64,000 bases of DNA from Octopus sinensis (taxonomy: Eukaryota). The position numbers were made by a program, and so were the translations under genes. The first letter of the stretch is position 1. The number at the start of each line of letters is the position of its first letter. This document shows positions 49,214 to 63,565 of the stretch, piece after piece. The notes under the pieces are model-generated. The model was given only the letters and a program-made list of their open reading frames with translations, did no database searches and was not told the DNA's origin. The stretch spans positions 14,011,360-14,075,359 of the forward strand of contig NC_043019.1 of NCBI RefSeq assembly GCF_006345805.1, written 5' to 3'.

Positions 49214-50843
49214 CTGTCAAAAGAAATTTGAACAGTTTCTCTCAAAAATCCTTAACTGATTCCAAAGCAATAAAAAATAAATTTTACCAGAAATTGCTAT
49301 TCAATTTCTCCTTTTTATTATTTTATTTTATTTTTAAATCAGAAAGGAGCATAGTGCCCGTTACATTTTATAAGGTCTCTAAGCCCAGAGGGAGAGAGAA
49401 CTGGTTATGAAGATAACCCCCAAACCAGCAACCAACCCCAAATGCTTGCAATAGAGTGGGCTCTGCTAAATGCTTAAGGATGAAAGGCAAAGTCGACCTC
49501 GACGGAATTTGAACTCAGAATGTAAAGACAGAAGAAATTGCTAAGCATTTCGCCCGGTGTGCTAATGTTTCTGTCAGCTCGCCACCATAAAATTCATTTA
49601 GTATTAGTCCAGTCCACTCAGCTGTAGATGAGTTACCCTGCAATTGATTTGCATCCCATCCAGGGGTAATGTGATCTTTGTTCACTTATACATCATGAAA
49701 CCTGAATAACTGGACCTCTGAGTCCTAGGACTTGAGACAACAGTGTCTAGGGCTGGGGTTGTTGTTGTCATTGATGATGATGGTAGTGGTGGTGGTGATG
49801 GTGTTGGTGGCGATTATGATGCCTCTGCTGTTGCTTCTTCTTCTTCTTCTTCTTCTTCTTCTTCCAATCTGGACTCACGCCATTAGCCACAAAGAATAAT
49901 CTCTAATTTGAGCCTACTCGAAGCTACTAAGAATGTATGTGACAACTTGAAAATCCACCCACCACCCACGATAGACTGGCAGTTGCACGGGCGCAAAAGC
50001 TACGTTGATACCCTCATTCTGTAAACAGTGGCTTTTAATGAGTGGAGAGCTGAACCATCTTGAGGTACAGAGAATTCGCAATCTAGACTAGGGTCTGAAA
50101 GAGTACAGCATGGTTCCCCACCGCCACCAGCCGGAGCCTCGTGGAGCTTAAGTGTTTTTGCTCATTAAACACTCACAATTCCCGGTCTGGGAATCGAAAC
50201 CGCGTTCTTACGACTGCGAGTCCACTGCCCTAACCACTGGGCTATTGTGCCTCCACTCTCAGTTGCTGTCTAGCTTTTGCTCTGTGCACATCCATGCTTG
50301 AATTCCTCATGCTTTCTCCTGAAGTTCCTATGAGGAAAATAGGTTCAGTTTACAAGCATATTGGTTGATGAACGTGGAGGCGCAATGGCCCAGTGGTTAG
50401 GGCAGCGGACTCGCGGTCATAGGATCGCGGTTTCGGGCGTTGTGAGTATTTATTGAGCGAAAACACCTAAAGCTCCACGAGGCTCCGGCAGGGGATGGTG
50501 GTGATCCCTGCTGTACTCTTTCACCACAACTTTCTCTCACTCTTACTTCCTGTTTCTGTTGTACCTGTATTTTCAAAGGGCCGGCCTTGTCACTCTCTGT
50601 GTCACGCTGAATATCCTCGAGAACTACATTAAGGGTACACGTGTCTGCGGAGTGCTCAGCCACTTACACGTTAACTTCATGAGCAGGCTGTTCCGTTGAT
50701 TCGGATCAACCGGAACCCTTATCGCCGTAATTCGACGGAGTGCTTCCAAAAAAAAGGGTTGATGAACAGCCTTCAGGAACAAATTAAATTTGTAAGCTGA
50801 AGTTCCACTGTTTTTCACCTGGGAAACCAGAAGAATCTCTTAC

Positions 50844-51060
50844 CTTACATCTTGATGCCAAGCAACATATTGCTTGGCACCATCCTTCCGTGAATTTTCT
50901 TTGTCAGGGTATTTGCATATGAAGCGGGAATCCAGCACAAAGATATTGTCACCAAGTATGGCACGCAGTGGGCGTAAGATGTTAGGGTGAGCTGCCATTT
51001 TCATCACCCAGGGAAGTTTGGTGTGAACGTTATGTAAAGAATACTGCGAGTTTTCTTTAC
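50844..51060 (-). CDS. PhyH-family dioxygenase, coding exon 2
   Basis: ttcttcAG|...|GTaaga, 217 bp, phase 1-2. KENSQYSLHNVH...SRFICKYP...YVAWHQDVR contains the H-x-D iron ligands. Confidence 0.92.
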
Positions 51061-51141
51061 CTGAAGAATATAAAAGATATCGAAACAATTAGAATACGCA
51101 ATTTGCTTAACAACGTTGCATATCAAATGTTAATTCTTTTC

Positions 51142-51407
51142 ACCGAGTTCGATTCCAGGCAGTGACCTGAATAATAATAATAACAACAACAACAACACAA
51201 CAACAACAACAACAATAATAATAATAACAACAACATCGAAAAATACCTTAGGAATGAGAACCCAGGTTCAAAATTTCCCCAAGACATCTGATGAAGGCTG
51301 GAGAGTTTATCAGCCAAATCCTTGTGTTAACAACAAACAAGATGAGGACAAATATCCCTCAAATGTAAATCATGTACATAATTCCTCATCTCTTAAATAT
51401 AGAACTG

Positions 51408-51408
<1 letters not shown>
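51142..51408 (+). mobile_element. SINE with a decayed hammerhead-like tail (uninterrupted homologue of 7625-8400)
   Basis: GAGTTCGATTCCAGGC.GTGACCTGA-(AAT/AAC)n-...CTGATGAAGGCTG...CAGCC. Confidence 0.7.
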
Positions 51409-51456
<48 letters not shown>

Positions 51457-51614
51457 TGTAAACAAACAAACGAAGTTTGCCTTAGAAGCATTGAAATGTC
51501 TTAGAAAGTTAAAGAAGTGATTTTAAATTCTGAAACGCAGGATAATGCTAAGCTGGTCACCAACACTTTTTCTGCAAAATAGGGGTAGCTTATCCTGTTC
51601 AGACCATATTATAT

Positions 51615-51651
<37 letters not shown>

Positions 51652-52054
51652 AGCAAAAATGATAGTTTTAAAATCTCTCCAAGAGATCAACACAGTAGTT
51701 GTACTGACAAGTAACATTCGTAGCCATTTTAACATGACTGTCCATTTGATTGGACTCTAGTGCAATTTTTTAACCCCAAGAGAACATCTCCTCTAGCTGG
51801 TTAACGATACACAGCTGCATCTCTAGCAGACGAGGTGTCCAGTACTGAGGAGTGACAGAAATAGCCCAAAACCAGGACTGGTCTACTGGTCCTGTCACAT
51901 GAAGATGGTAAGGGGTTTGCTCAACCAGCTTGCAATTTTATTGAATGCAGCTGTACACCGTTAACCAGCAAGAGGAAATGTCCCCTGGGGGTGAAAAAAT
52001 TGCAGTAGAGTCTGCTCGAACGGACAGCCATGTTAAAGTAGCTACAAATATTAC

Positions 52055-52134
<80 letters not shown>

Positions 52135-52942
52135 GAAATATGATTTACATTTTTTTACATCTCTCTAACCCTGAAACGTGTATGCAGTTAATCAGAGCCA
52201 GGTGGATTCGTTATTTTTTTCTCTTTACCTGCATGAGTTGTTGAGTATTGCTGTCTGGGGGATACCTTATAGTAGTAGAATAGTAGTTTAACTGCTATTT
52301 CTAAATTTTGTTATGAGGTGAAGCAAATTTTGAAGAACCCTAATTATAATTATGATCATAATTATAGAATTTATATATATATATATATATACACGTGGTA
52401 AGTAGCTTGTTTACCAACCACATGGTTCCGGGTTCAGTCCCACTGCGTGGCACCTTGGGCAAGTGTCTTCTACTATAGCCCCGGGCCGACCAATGCCTTG
52501 TGAGTGGATTTGGTAGACGGAAACTGAAAGAAACCCGTCGTATATATGTATATATATGTATGTGCGTGTATATGTTTGTGTGTCTGTGTTTGTCCCCCTA
52601 GCATTGCTTGACAACCGATGCTGGTGTGTTTATGTCCCCGTTACTTAGCGGTTCGGCAAAAGAGACCGATAGAATAAGTACTAGGCTTACAAAGAATAAG
52701 TCCCGGGGTCGAGTTGCTCGATTAAAGGCAGTGTTCCAGCATGGCCGCAGTCAAAATGACTGAAACAAGTAAAAGAGAAAAAGAGAAAAAAAGAGAAAAT
52801 ATATATATAGATTTATATATATTATATATATATATATATATTATATATATTATATATATATTATATATATGAAGAGACAGAAAAATATCATGGCTCAAAA
52901 ATAATTAAACGAAATTAAAGGATCTGGAATCAAATTACTTAC

Positions 52943-53075
52943 CAATTTCTTTTTCCAGTGCATTGAAATTCTGTACTAATTCTTTTACTTCTGTTAGAGT
53001 CAGCACAGGAATTCCGGTGACATAGCCATCTCTGTTGAAATTCTGGCTTAGATTTGATGGAATACTGGCTGCCAT
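52943..53075 (-). CDS. PhyH-family dioxygenase, coding exon 1 (ATG at 53075)
   Basis: MAASIPSNLSQNFNRDGYVTGIPVLTLTEVKELVQNFNALEKEI|GTaagt. The four exons total 786 nt = 261 aa plus stop, with consistent phases. Confidence 0.9.
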
Positions 53076-53149
53076 CACAAAGTCAGTTATTGAACAAGGA
53101 ATGTTCCTTGGATGTAGGATTGCTTTTGAATGATTCTAATCACGTTCAT

Positions 53150-53166
53150 ATGCATACATATATGTA

Positions 53167-53198
<32 letters not shown>

Positions 53199-53579
53199 GT
53201 ATGTATGCATGTATGTATGTGTGTGTGTATGCATGCATGTATATATGTACATACGTATGAACGTATGTATGTATGTAGATATGTATGTATGTATGTATGT
53301 ATGTGTATATATATGTATGTATGTACGTACGTATGCATGTATGTATGTATGTATGTATGTATGTATGTATGTATGTATGTATGTATGTATGTATGTATGT
53401 ATGTATGTATGTATGTATGTATGTATGTATGTATGTATGTATGTATGTATGTGTATATATGTATGTATAGATACATATTTGTGTACAAATATATGTATAT
53501 ACATTTGTGTGTGCACACACAGATACACTAATATATACAAACATATATATATATGTGTGTGTAAGCATATAAGCGTGTG

Positions 53580-53636
<57 letters not shown>

Positions 53637-53690
53637 AAATATGTGTGTGTGTGTATACGTAAGTATATACATGTGTCTGTATAAATGACT
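53150..53690. repeat. (TATG)n/(TG)n microsatellite
   Basis: Direct inspection. Confidence 0.95.
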
Positions 53691-54776
53691 ATTTATATAT
53701 ACATGTGTTATGTTTGTACATTTTCACACACACACACACACACAAATACATTTCTTTGGATATGTGGTTATATTGACATAGGTGATTAACTGAAATAGCG
53801 ACCATAACGGTAGGTGCTTCGTGTGATGTTCAATGTCGGGATATTAACCTAGAAGACGAAGGAGATTGGCTAAACAAGAGAACAGGAGTAGGAGACAGAG
53901 ATATAAAAATATACAGAGTGAGACAGAAAGAGAGAGAATGAGAGACAGGGGGGAAGAGAGAGAGGGAGGAAGAGAAAGAGAGTTTCCCTTAGACCAGTTC
54001 TCTCCCCTCCTCCTCTCTCTCTCTATCTTTCTCTCTCGTTCTATCTTGCTTAAGTTATGCTTGTAAAAACGGTTAATCAGATTATACCAGGCTGAAGGCT
54101 TCCATGTTTACTAAGACGACATCCTTAAGCGACAAAGACATGTCCGAGTGCGTTGGTAAGCAGTTTGCACTGTTTCAGGACATACCTGTGTTAACGATTA
54201 CAAGAATGACCAACCAAGGCAAAAACAAAAAAAAGACCCAAAAGACAAAATAAAAAAGAAAGAAAAACAAAGGGAAAAAAACTCAGGGATGCTTGCTGTG
54301 GGGAAACATCATAGTTAAGTGTGGCACTAGCTTGCTTCTTGGTTGTTGTTGTAAAACAAACCAAGAAATTTTAATTTATTAAAATTGAAATGTCGCTATG
54401 GCTCTGTGGTCTAAGAAGTTCATTCTGCAGCCATGTGGTTTTGAGTTCAGTCCCACAGCACAGCACCTTGGGCAAGTGTCATCTACTATAACCCCAGGCC
54501 AACCAATGCCTTGTGAGTGAATTTGGAAACTGTATGGAAGCCTAAGTTTATAATTATGCATATCAATTAAGCGACATTTATTCTTTTATTTGTTTCAGTC
54601 ATTTGACTGCAGCCATGCTGGAGCACTGAAGTCAGTGAACAGGTCGCGGTCTCAAAGCTTGCTGCCTTGTTTATTCAATATATTGAGATCAGATTTTGGC
54701 ACAAGGCCAGCCATTTCGGATGGGGATGGTGGTAAGTCGATTACATCGACCCCAGAGCACAACTGGTACTTATTTA

Positions 54777-55424
54777 GGATCTTTTCCTTTTGAACGGCAG
54801 ACAATTTCTAGTTAACTAAACACTTTAAAACTTCGTATATTGGTAGAATGTGTCAAAATAAAACATTTTTTTCTCTTGGCTTTCTTGAGAAAATTGTAAT
54901 TTGTTTGTTTAACGTAGTTTAACTTTTCGAATTTTAACCAATCCTATGCTCTCTTTTGAGCTAAAATCATTTGCTGCATCTAAAACTGAGACAACATCCT
55001 GTAAGTAACCCTAAACCTCCCTCCTAACCCTAACCCTAACCCTAAATTTTTTTTTTCTTAATTGTTAAATTAATTTAATTGTTACGCGTGTAAAAAAAAC
55101 TAAAGCAATGGAATTAAATTAATTTAACAATTAAGAAAAAATAATTTAGGGTTAGGGTTAGGGGGGAGGTTTAGGGTTAGTGACAGGATGTTGTCTCAGT
55201 TTTAGACGCAGCAAATGATTTTAGTTGAATGGAGGTAATCGGTTGGTTAAAATTGCCGAAATGCTTGCATTTTCAGACGAAATATGTTACAAACTATAGA
55301 ATTTTCTCAATAAAACCAAGAGAAAATGATGTTTTATAAACACATTCTACCAGTATACGAAGTTTAAAAGTGTTTAGTTAACTAGAAATTGTGTTGACAT
55401 CTGCCGTTCAGAAGGAAAAGATCC
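54777..55424. mobile_element. 648-bp palindromic DNA element with an 8-bp TSD, GG-starting TIRs and internal telomeric repeats (Merlin-like)
   Basis: CTTATTTA|GGATCTTTTCC...GGAAAAGATCC|CTTATTTA. It splits a family C SINE and carries internal (CCCTAA)n and (TTAGGG)n. Confidence 0.7.
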
Positions 55425-55879
55425 CTTATTTAATCAACCCAGAAAGGATGAACAGCAAAGCGGACCTCAGCGGAATTTGAGCTCAGAACACAAAGACGGA
55501 CGAAATGCCCGGCGTGTTAACAATTCTGCCACCTCGCCGCCATGTCTTATTGCATATAGTGGTGATTGTATGTGTTGAGTAGATTCAGAATTGATTGAAA
55601 GACAAATTGTTGATGTGTGTAAGATAGAACGAAAGGTAGAGAGTGAAAGAGAGGGGACAGAAAGACAGATAATTGTTGATTGTTAGAGACAGTAAGGGGA
55701 CAGAAGGAAAGAGAGAGAGAGAGAGAGAGAGTTGAAAGAAGATGAAACCGTGAGACAGGAAAGATTAAAAAGTACACGGGGAGCGAGATCAAACGAATTT
55801 CTTTGATCTCATTGCTGACCCGTTGGGAAGATCATTGTATTGGCTACAGTTCACCGTGTGTTGTGTTAGGGTACACGCG

Positions 55880-56051
55880 CGCACGCACACGCACACACAC
55901 ACACACACACAAGAACACACACACACACACACACATACGTATACGTATATGCATGCATGCACACGCATGTACATATATATGCAGGTATTCATACATACAC
56001 ACGCGTACATACCTTCAGAAATATACAGACATGAATACACTCGCATACATA

Positions 56052-56083
<32 letters not shown>

Positions 56084-56720
56084 GATGCACACATATGTAT
56101 GTACGTACATATGCATGTATGCACACGCATGCACATACATATACAAATATACGTACACACATAGGCGTACATACACTCAGAAATACACAGGCTTAAGACA
56201 CACAAGCAAATTTGCAGAAGTACACACACACATACACACAGATACATACAGATACACACACACATACAGATACACACATACATGCAGATAGACACACACA
56301 CACAGAGATACATACAGATACACACACATACATACAGATACACACACACACATACATACATACAGATACACACACACACAGATACATACAGATACACACA
56401 CACACATACACAGATACATACAGATACGCACACACACACATACACAGATACATACAGATACGCACACACACAGATACATACAGATACACACACACAGATA
56501 CATACAGATACACACACACACACACACATACACGGATACATACAGATATGCACACACACATACACACACATACATGCAGATAGACACACACACACACATA
56601 TACATACAGATCCACACACATACATACAGATATACACACACACATACAGATACACACGAACACACATACATACAGATACACACACACACACACACACACG
56701 CACGCACACACACACACGTG
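55880..56720. repeat. (CA)n/(CAGATA) compound microsatellite
   Basis: Direct inspection. Confidence 0.95.
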
Positions 56721-57554
56721 TGTCCCTGGTCGTGCAAAGGCCCGCTCGATCGATCATAGCTAAACAACAACAACAGCGTCATTTGAACTGTTTATATACA
56801 CAAAAGGAACCCCACTCCATGAGGTGGAGACGCAGCTAACCAAGAATTCGATACAAGAATATCCAAAGACAGAATCTCCACGGAATTCAGCAGAGTTAAG
56901 TGACGATTCCAGTAATTCACTTGTCTGCTGTTGATATCAGTCGTCTCAACTGTTTACACTCAAACACTTCACCATCAGAGGGGTTTTTTTAACGCCTTAT
57001 ACGGAGTGGCTGTGTGGTAAGTAGCTTGCTTACCAACCACATGGTTCCGGGTTCAGTCCCACTGCGTGGCACCTTGGGCAAGTGTCTTCTGCTATAGCCC
57101 CGGGCCGACCAAAGCCTTGTGAGTGGATTTTGGTAGACGGAAACTGAATTACATCGAGGTCTTCACTCCCTCGTGTCGTCTGCTGGTTCTGTTGGCATCA
57201 ACGCATGCGCAAAACAGCGGGCGAGTTTTTAAGGTTTATGTTGAGTGGGTATTTTGAAGAGAGAGAGAGAGAGAGACAAAGACAGACAGACATAAATAGA
57301 CAGATAAAGACATATATATATATATATATATATACTCTTTTACTCTTTTACTTGTTTCAGTCATTTTGACTGCGGCCATGCTGGAGCACCGCCTTTAGTC
57401 GAGCAAATCGACCCCGGGACTTATTCTCTGTAAGCCCAGTACTTATTCTATTGGTTTCTTTTGCCGAACCGCTAAGTTACGGGGACATAAACACACCAGC
57501 ATCGGTTGTCAAGCAATGCTAGAGGGACAAACACACAAACACACACATACATAC

Positions 57555-57588
<34 letters not shown>

Positions 57589-57841
57589 AGTGGCTGTGTG
57601 GTAAGTAGCTTGCTTACCAACCACATGGTTCCGGGTTCAGTCCCACTGCGTGGCATCTTGGGCAAGTGTCTTCTGCTATATACATATATACGACGGCTTC
57701 TTCAGTTTCCGTTACCAACAATCCACAAAAGCATTGGTCGGCCCGGGGCTATAGCAGAAGACACTTGCCCAAGATGCCACGCAGTGGGACTGAACCCGGA
57801 ACCATGTGGTTGGTAAGCAAGCTACTTACCACACAGCCACT

Positions 57842-57891
<50 letters not shown>

Positions 57892-58677
57892 GTTTCAGCT
57901 CAGATGCTGATGCCGTTTAGAAAAATGATGAACAACCTAAATTGGGTTCCCATCTTATTGAGTTCTCATCAGAGGCGTCTACATCATTCTGACAGTCGGA
58001 GGGGTAATTAAAAGAAATTGAAATTCGAATTTTCAAAAATGAGTTTATTTTGGGTTTTTTTTCAGAATAAACGTAATCTCCGTACTTATTTTATCGACCC
58101 TGAAGGGATGAAAGGCTAAGTCGACGTTGGCGGGATCTGAACAAAGTGCAATAAAGACGGACGAAATGCCGCTAAGCATTTTGTCCGGAGTGCTATCGGT
58201 TCTTCCAGCTCAACTCTTTTCAATTGTTCTCGGAAACATTAAATCAGTTTAACGAACCATTTCAGCGAACGAACAAAATACAAAATAGCTGGAAAAACGT
58301 ATTTCATTGATATTATTTTATAACAGATATAAATTATGAATCACTGCTCACTTGACTCTATAAATTCTATATTAATGAAAACAAAAATACATTGGTTTGC
58401 TTATAAATACTTCATGTTTCCTGTCATTAGCTAATTAAATAACTGTGAGTATCTGACTATGATTAATGTTTCCTCTCATTATTTAATAAAATAATTACGT
58501 ATATCTATCAATATTAAATTAACGCTTCCTGTCACCTAATATAATAATTTTCAACTTGAATTCCCTTTCGAGTAGCGCAGATGGGGGAGAAGGGGAGGAT
58601 AGAGAGAAACGGCGAGAGTTGCGGTCACAGGATATTTCTTTTTATTTTTCTTCTTTTCTCTTTCTCTTTTTCTTTCT

Positions 58678-58712
<35 letters not shown>

Positions 58713-58843
58713 TTTCCTTTGTCTCTTTCCCCTCTCTCTTTTCGATAGCTAACACACACACTCACATACAAATCAAGTGAGTGGTAGAAGCAAGCAAAAT
58801 GCCGTTCTATCATTCTCTGTCTCTCTCTATCTCTGTCACACTC

Positions 58844-58874
<31 letters not shown>

Positions 58875-58974
58875 CTATCTCTTTCTAGCTATCATCCCTC
58901 CTTCCCCCTCTCTCTGTAGCAAACTCACATGCAGAAGTGGCAGTGACAATTAAAATGTCGATCTGTCATCCTGC

Positions 58975-59031
<57 letters not shown>

Positions 59032-59500
59032 CATCCATCCATCCATCCATCCATCCATCTGTCTGTCTCTGTCTGTCTCTGTCTGTTTAACTGTCTGTCC
59101 ATCCATCCATGTCATTGCGTATCTCTCTCTCTATCTATCTATCTATCCTCCCTCCATATTATTCTATATTTCTCTCCCCTCCCCCTCTCTCTCTCTCTAT
59201 CTATCTATCTGTCTGTCTATCTATCTCCCCTCCCCCTCTTCCTACTTGTAATATTTAGTTACTCCGAATAATTTATCCTCTGTGAACGGAACCGGCAGGA
59301 TCGATAGAACGTCGGAATAACATGCTTTACTCTACTTGTTCCGATTCTCTACATTCTGAGTTCAAATACCACCGAAATTAACTTAGCATTTCATCGTTTC
59401 AAACTCGACAGAATTAAGTACCAGTCACGTACTGAGGCTGACAGCATCGACAGACCTCCTCCTCTCAAAATTTCAGGGCCTGTGAATAACACAAAATCAG

Positions 59501-60510
59501 TATTTAGTTAATTCAACGTTCTTTGTAGTCTTTTTACATTCTTAGGTTCACTGCAAGAACCACACGCGTCCAAAATAACGATCAACAATGTTATCGTCTG
59601 TAAAACGCTCCGACATGGTCGTCTGCTTCCCACTAAAGACATAAAGACGTCTTTAGTTAAATTGCTCAGGTATCCACGAAAATAATATTTAGTTAATTCA
59701 ACGTTCTTCGTAGTCTTTTTACATTCTTAAGCTCACTGCAAGAACCACACACGCCCAAAATAACGAACAACGATGTTATCGTCTGTAAAACGCCATGACA
59801 TGGTCGTCTGCTTCCCACTAAAGACATAAAGACGTCTTTAGTTAAATTGCTCAGGTATCCACGAAAACAATATTTAGTTGATTCAACGTTCTTTGTAGTC
59901 TTTTTACATTCTTAGACTCACTGCAAGAACCACACACGCCCAAAATAACGAACAACGATGTTATCGTCTGTAAAACGCCATGACATGGTCGTCTACTTCC
60001 CACTAAAGACATAAAGACGTCTTTAGTTAAATTGCTCAGGTATCCACGAAAACAATATTTAGTTGATTCAACGTTCTTTGTAGTCTTTTTACATTCTTAG
60101 ACTCACTGCAAGAACCACACACGCCCAAAATAACGAACAACGATGTTATCGTCTGTAAAACGCCATGACATGGTCGTCTGCTTCCCACTAAAGGCATAAA
60201 GACGTGTTTAGTTAAATTGCTCAGGTATCCACGAAAACAATATTTAGTTGATTCAACGTTCTTTGTAGTCTTTTTACATTCTTAGGTTCACTGCAAGAAC
60301 CACACACGCCCAAAATAACGAACAACGATGTTATCGTCTGTAAAACGCCATGACATGGTCGTCTGCTTCCCACTAAAGGCATAAAGACGTGTTTAGTTAA
60401 ATTGCTCAGGTATCCACGAAAACAATATTTAGTTGATTCAACGTTCTTTGTAGTCTTTTTACATTCTTAGGTTCACTGCAAGAACCACGCGCGCCCAAAA
60501 CAACGAACAA
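59501..60510. repeat. 185-bp satellite, about 5.5 copies
   Basis: ATTCAACG recurs at 59511, 59696, 59881, 60066, 60251 and 60436, an exact 185-bp period. Confidence 0.95.
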
Positions 60511-62880
60511 GATAAATTATTGGTTTCTTGAAATTATCGTTGCTTCCAGAAAGGATTGACCAATCACATTGTAGCAATCGGTACCAACTTCTTTTTTTCC
60601 TTTTTTTTCCTTTTTTTAAATTTATATTTTGAACATAAAAGGTTTGAACAATTTCGGAAAATATTTTTGATTTCAGATCAATTTTTTTTTTAATTAAAAA
60701 AGTAATCAGAACCTGATTAGGATTAGGGAAGATTAGGGGGCAGCTATTTTTTTTTATATAGTGAATTTCTTTATTCAAATGGTTTTTGATGTTAGCAAAA
60801 AGTCAGTAATCGTGATGGGTTGGAGGGAGAGGAGTAGTCAATATCATTGACTCCAGAACTTGATGGGCACAATTCTGTTTATTGATCCCGGAGCGATGAA
60901 AAGCAAAGTTGATCTTGGCGGGATTTGAACTCGGAACGTGAAGGGCTCTCTGCCACAGATTGACCAATGATTGACCAATCACATCGTAGCAATTGGTACC
61001 AACTTCTTTTTTTCTATTTATGTTTTGAACATAAAATGTTTGAACAATTTCGGAAAATATTTTTGATTTCAGATCAATTTTTTTTTTTAATTTAAAAAAG
61101 TAAGCGATGAAAAGCAAAGTTGATCTTGGCGGGATTTGAACTCGGAACGTGAAGGGCTGAAACGAACAACGTAAAACATTTTCGTCTTTTTTTTTTCCTT
61201 TGCTAGCTCTCTGCCACAGACTGATTATTAAAATACATATCACGGTTGGTTGGCTCCAAAAAAAGGATAAGAAAAAAGACAGTGATAGATAAATTAGTGA
61301 TGAACGAATCGTCTCCTCGTATTTTTTTTCTTTTTTATATGGAACGAATGATAGATTCATTGGACCAAACTCGTGGCTCACAGCATTGAGCCTTCACTTC
61401 TACCTTTCCTTTCGTATTTTTTTTCTGTTCACTGGACCCCATGTTGATGGTACTATAGCGGAGATTCGAACCCTAACCACTAGATACTAGGTTAGGCACC
61501 ACGATTGGGCCATCACAGTTTCACGTGATTGATCGACCAATTAGCTGTGGCGTGATATGGCTCACTTGAATATTCTAAAATTTAACCCCCATAGAGCGGC
61601 CGACGAGTTCACATGCCTCACCTCTTGCTAGGCAGACGACCCCTGGCATTCGAGCAGGCAGCTTGGGACTCTTGCGCAGACCGATTCTGAACATTCACAC
61701 AATGTTCCGGAAGTAGCTTTTATGGACACGGCAGTTTTCTCTCCTCCCACTCGGCAATAATATTCTTAATATTTTTATTCTAAATAGTCAACGAAATATA
61801 TCAGTGAGTAACTGTTTTATTTGGCGGTGCAATGGCCCAGTGGTTAGGGCAGCGGACTCGAGGTCGGAGGATCGCGGTTTCGATTCCCAGGCCGGGCGTT
61901 GTTTGTGTTTATTGAGTAAAAACACCTAAAGTGCCACGAGGCTCCGGCAGGGGGTGGTGTCGACCCCTGTTGTACTCTTTCGCCCCAACTTTCTCTCACT
62001 GTCTCTTCCTGTTTCTTGAGCAACGCTGCGATGGACTGGCGTCCCGTCTATCTGGGGGGAACACATACGCCACAGAAACCGGGAAACTGGGCCCACGAGG
62101 GCTTGAAAAGGGCGCATAAATAAAATTTAAAAAAAACTGTATTATTAGTTTTTAGAAATACTGAATTTTCTAAATGTCTCAGAGAGACATAAGCGGTGGT
62201 GGAGCGATATAGTGGTCGTATACTGTCAACTCAATGTGACAGTCCCATAAAGGAATTACACCACTGCTATTTAGCCCTAGGAAACATCGACGTCTCCTGT
62301 CGGCTTTGACGCATTTTCTGTGTCCTTATATTTGCAAAGGGGAGGCAATCACCCCTTTCCACTGTAAATAGCCAGCACCAAATATCCAGCAATAAAGATT
62401 AAGGTTAAATGCTCGTGAGATGGCTTAAGTCATTATTCATACAGCCAACAAGACGTTCTGCACGTACACTACAACAATGATAATAAAGCCATCCACTTTG
62501 TAGACGTAGGTGTGGCTGTATGGTAAGAACTTTGCTTCCCAACCACGTATTTCCTGATTCAGTCCTACTACGTGACATCTTGAAGACGTGTTTTCTGCTA
62601 TAGTCAGGCCGACCGAATCCTTGACCAGTGAATCAATTGCCTGGGTTCAAACGATGTAATGACTGGAATATTAGAATAGAAACGCCCTCAAAAAAGGAAG
62701 AAACAAACGCCTTCGGAAAAAAAAAATGTGTGCGTAGGCATAGCTACGTGGCAAAGAAGCTTGCTTTTCAACCACATGGTTAAGGGTTCAGTTCCAATAT
62801 GCAGCACTTTAAGCAACTGTCTTCTATTATTCCTTGCTCCGGGCCACCCAGTATTACGTTAGTCACTTTGGTGGGCGGGA

Positions 62881-62918
<38 letters not shown>

Positions 62919-63034
62919 AAGGACAACTACTTAATAAGGAAAACTTAACAAGAAATTGTCAGGTAGATAGCGTAAAAACCTCATAAGAGAAAAAATTTCG
63001 AAAATAATTATTTCTTATTGAACATATTAATTTA

Positions 63035-63565
63035 TATATAGAGGCATTATACATACATGCCAGGAGGCATTCTACATACACGCCATACGCTAAGAGGGAC
63101 AATCAGTCATTTCTACAAAAAATATACTAATCCCACCGAATGCAATTTTCAAAGAAAGACATTTAAAAATATATAGACCTGTATCACAGTGATTTCATAC
63201 TTACGTAATCATCAGCAGGCTGAATATACTATAAATAAACAACGACCCTGCTTCGCTTAAGCCGATCAGCTAACTGATCAACATCAACGACGCACATGGG
63301 TGGGTTTATATATACTATATCCGGATGAATGGAACTGGCTTTTACGAATGCATTTCGGTCGTTGTTTATTTATAGTATATTCAGGCTGCTGATGATTACG
63401 TAAGTATGAAATCACTGTGATACAGGTCTATATATTTTAAATGTCTTTCTTTGAAAAATTGCATTCGGTGGGATTAGTAAATTTTTTGGTAGAAATGACT
63501 GATTGTCCCTCTTAGCGTATGGCGTGTATGTAGAATGCCTCCTGGCATGTATGTATAATGCCCTC

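Noticed and set aside
56800-58600. Promoter or non-coding first exon of the dioxygenase gene
   Set aside because: Some CpG- and ETS-like motifs are present, but nothing can be supported without transcript data.
61447-61500. Possible tRNA gene on the minus strand (GGTTCGAATC B box)
   Set aside because: No convincing cloverleaf or anticodon arm. More likely a SINE head or tRNA relic.
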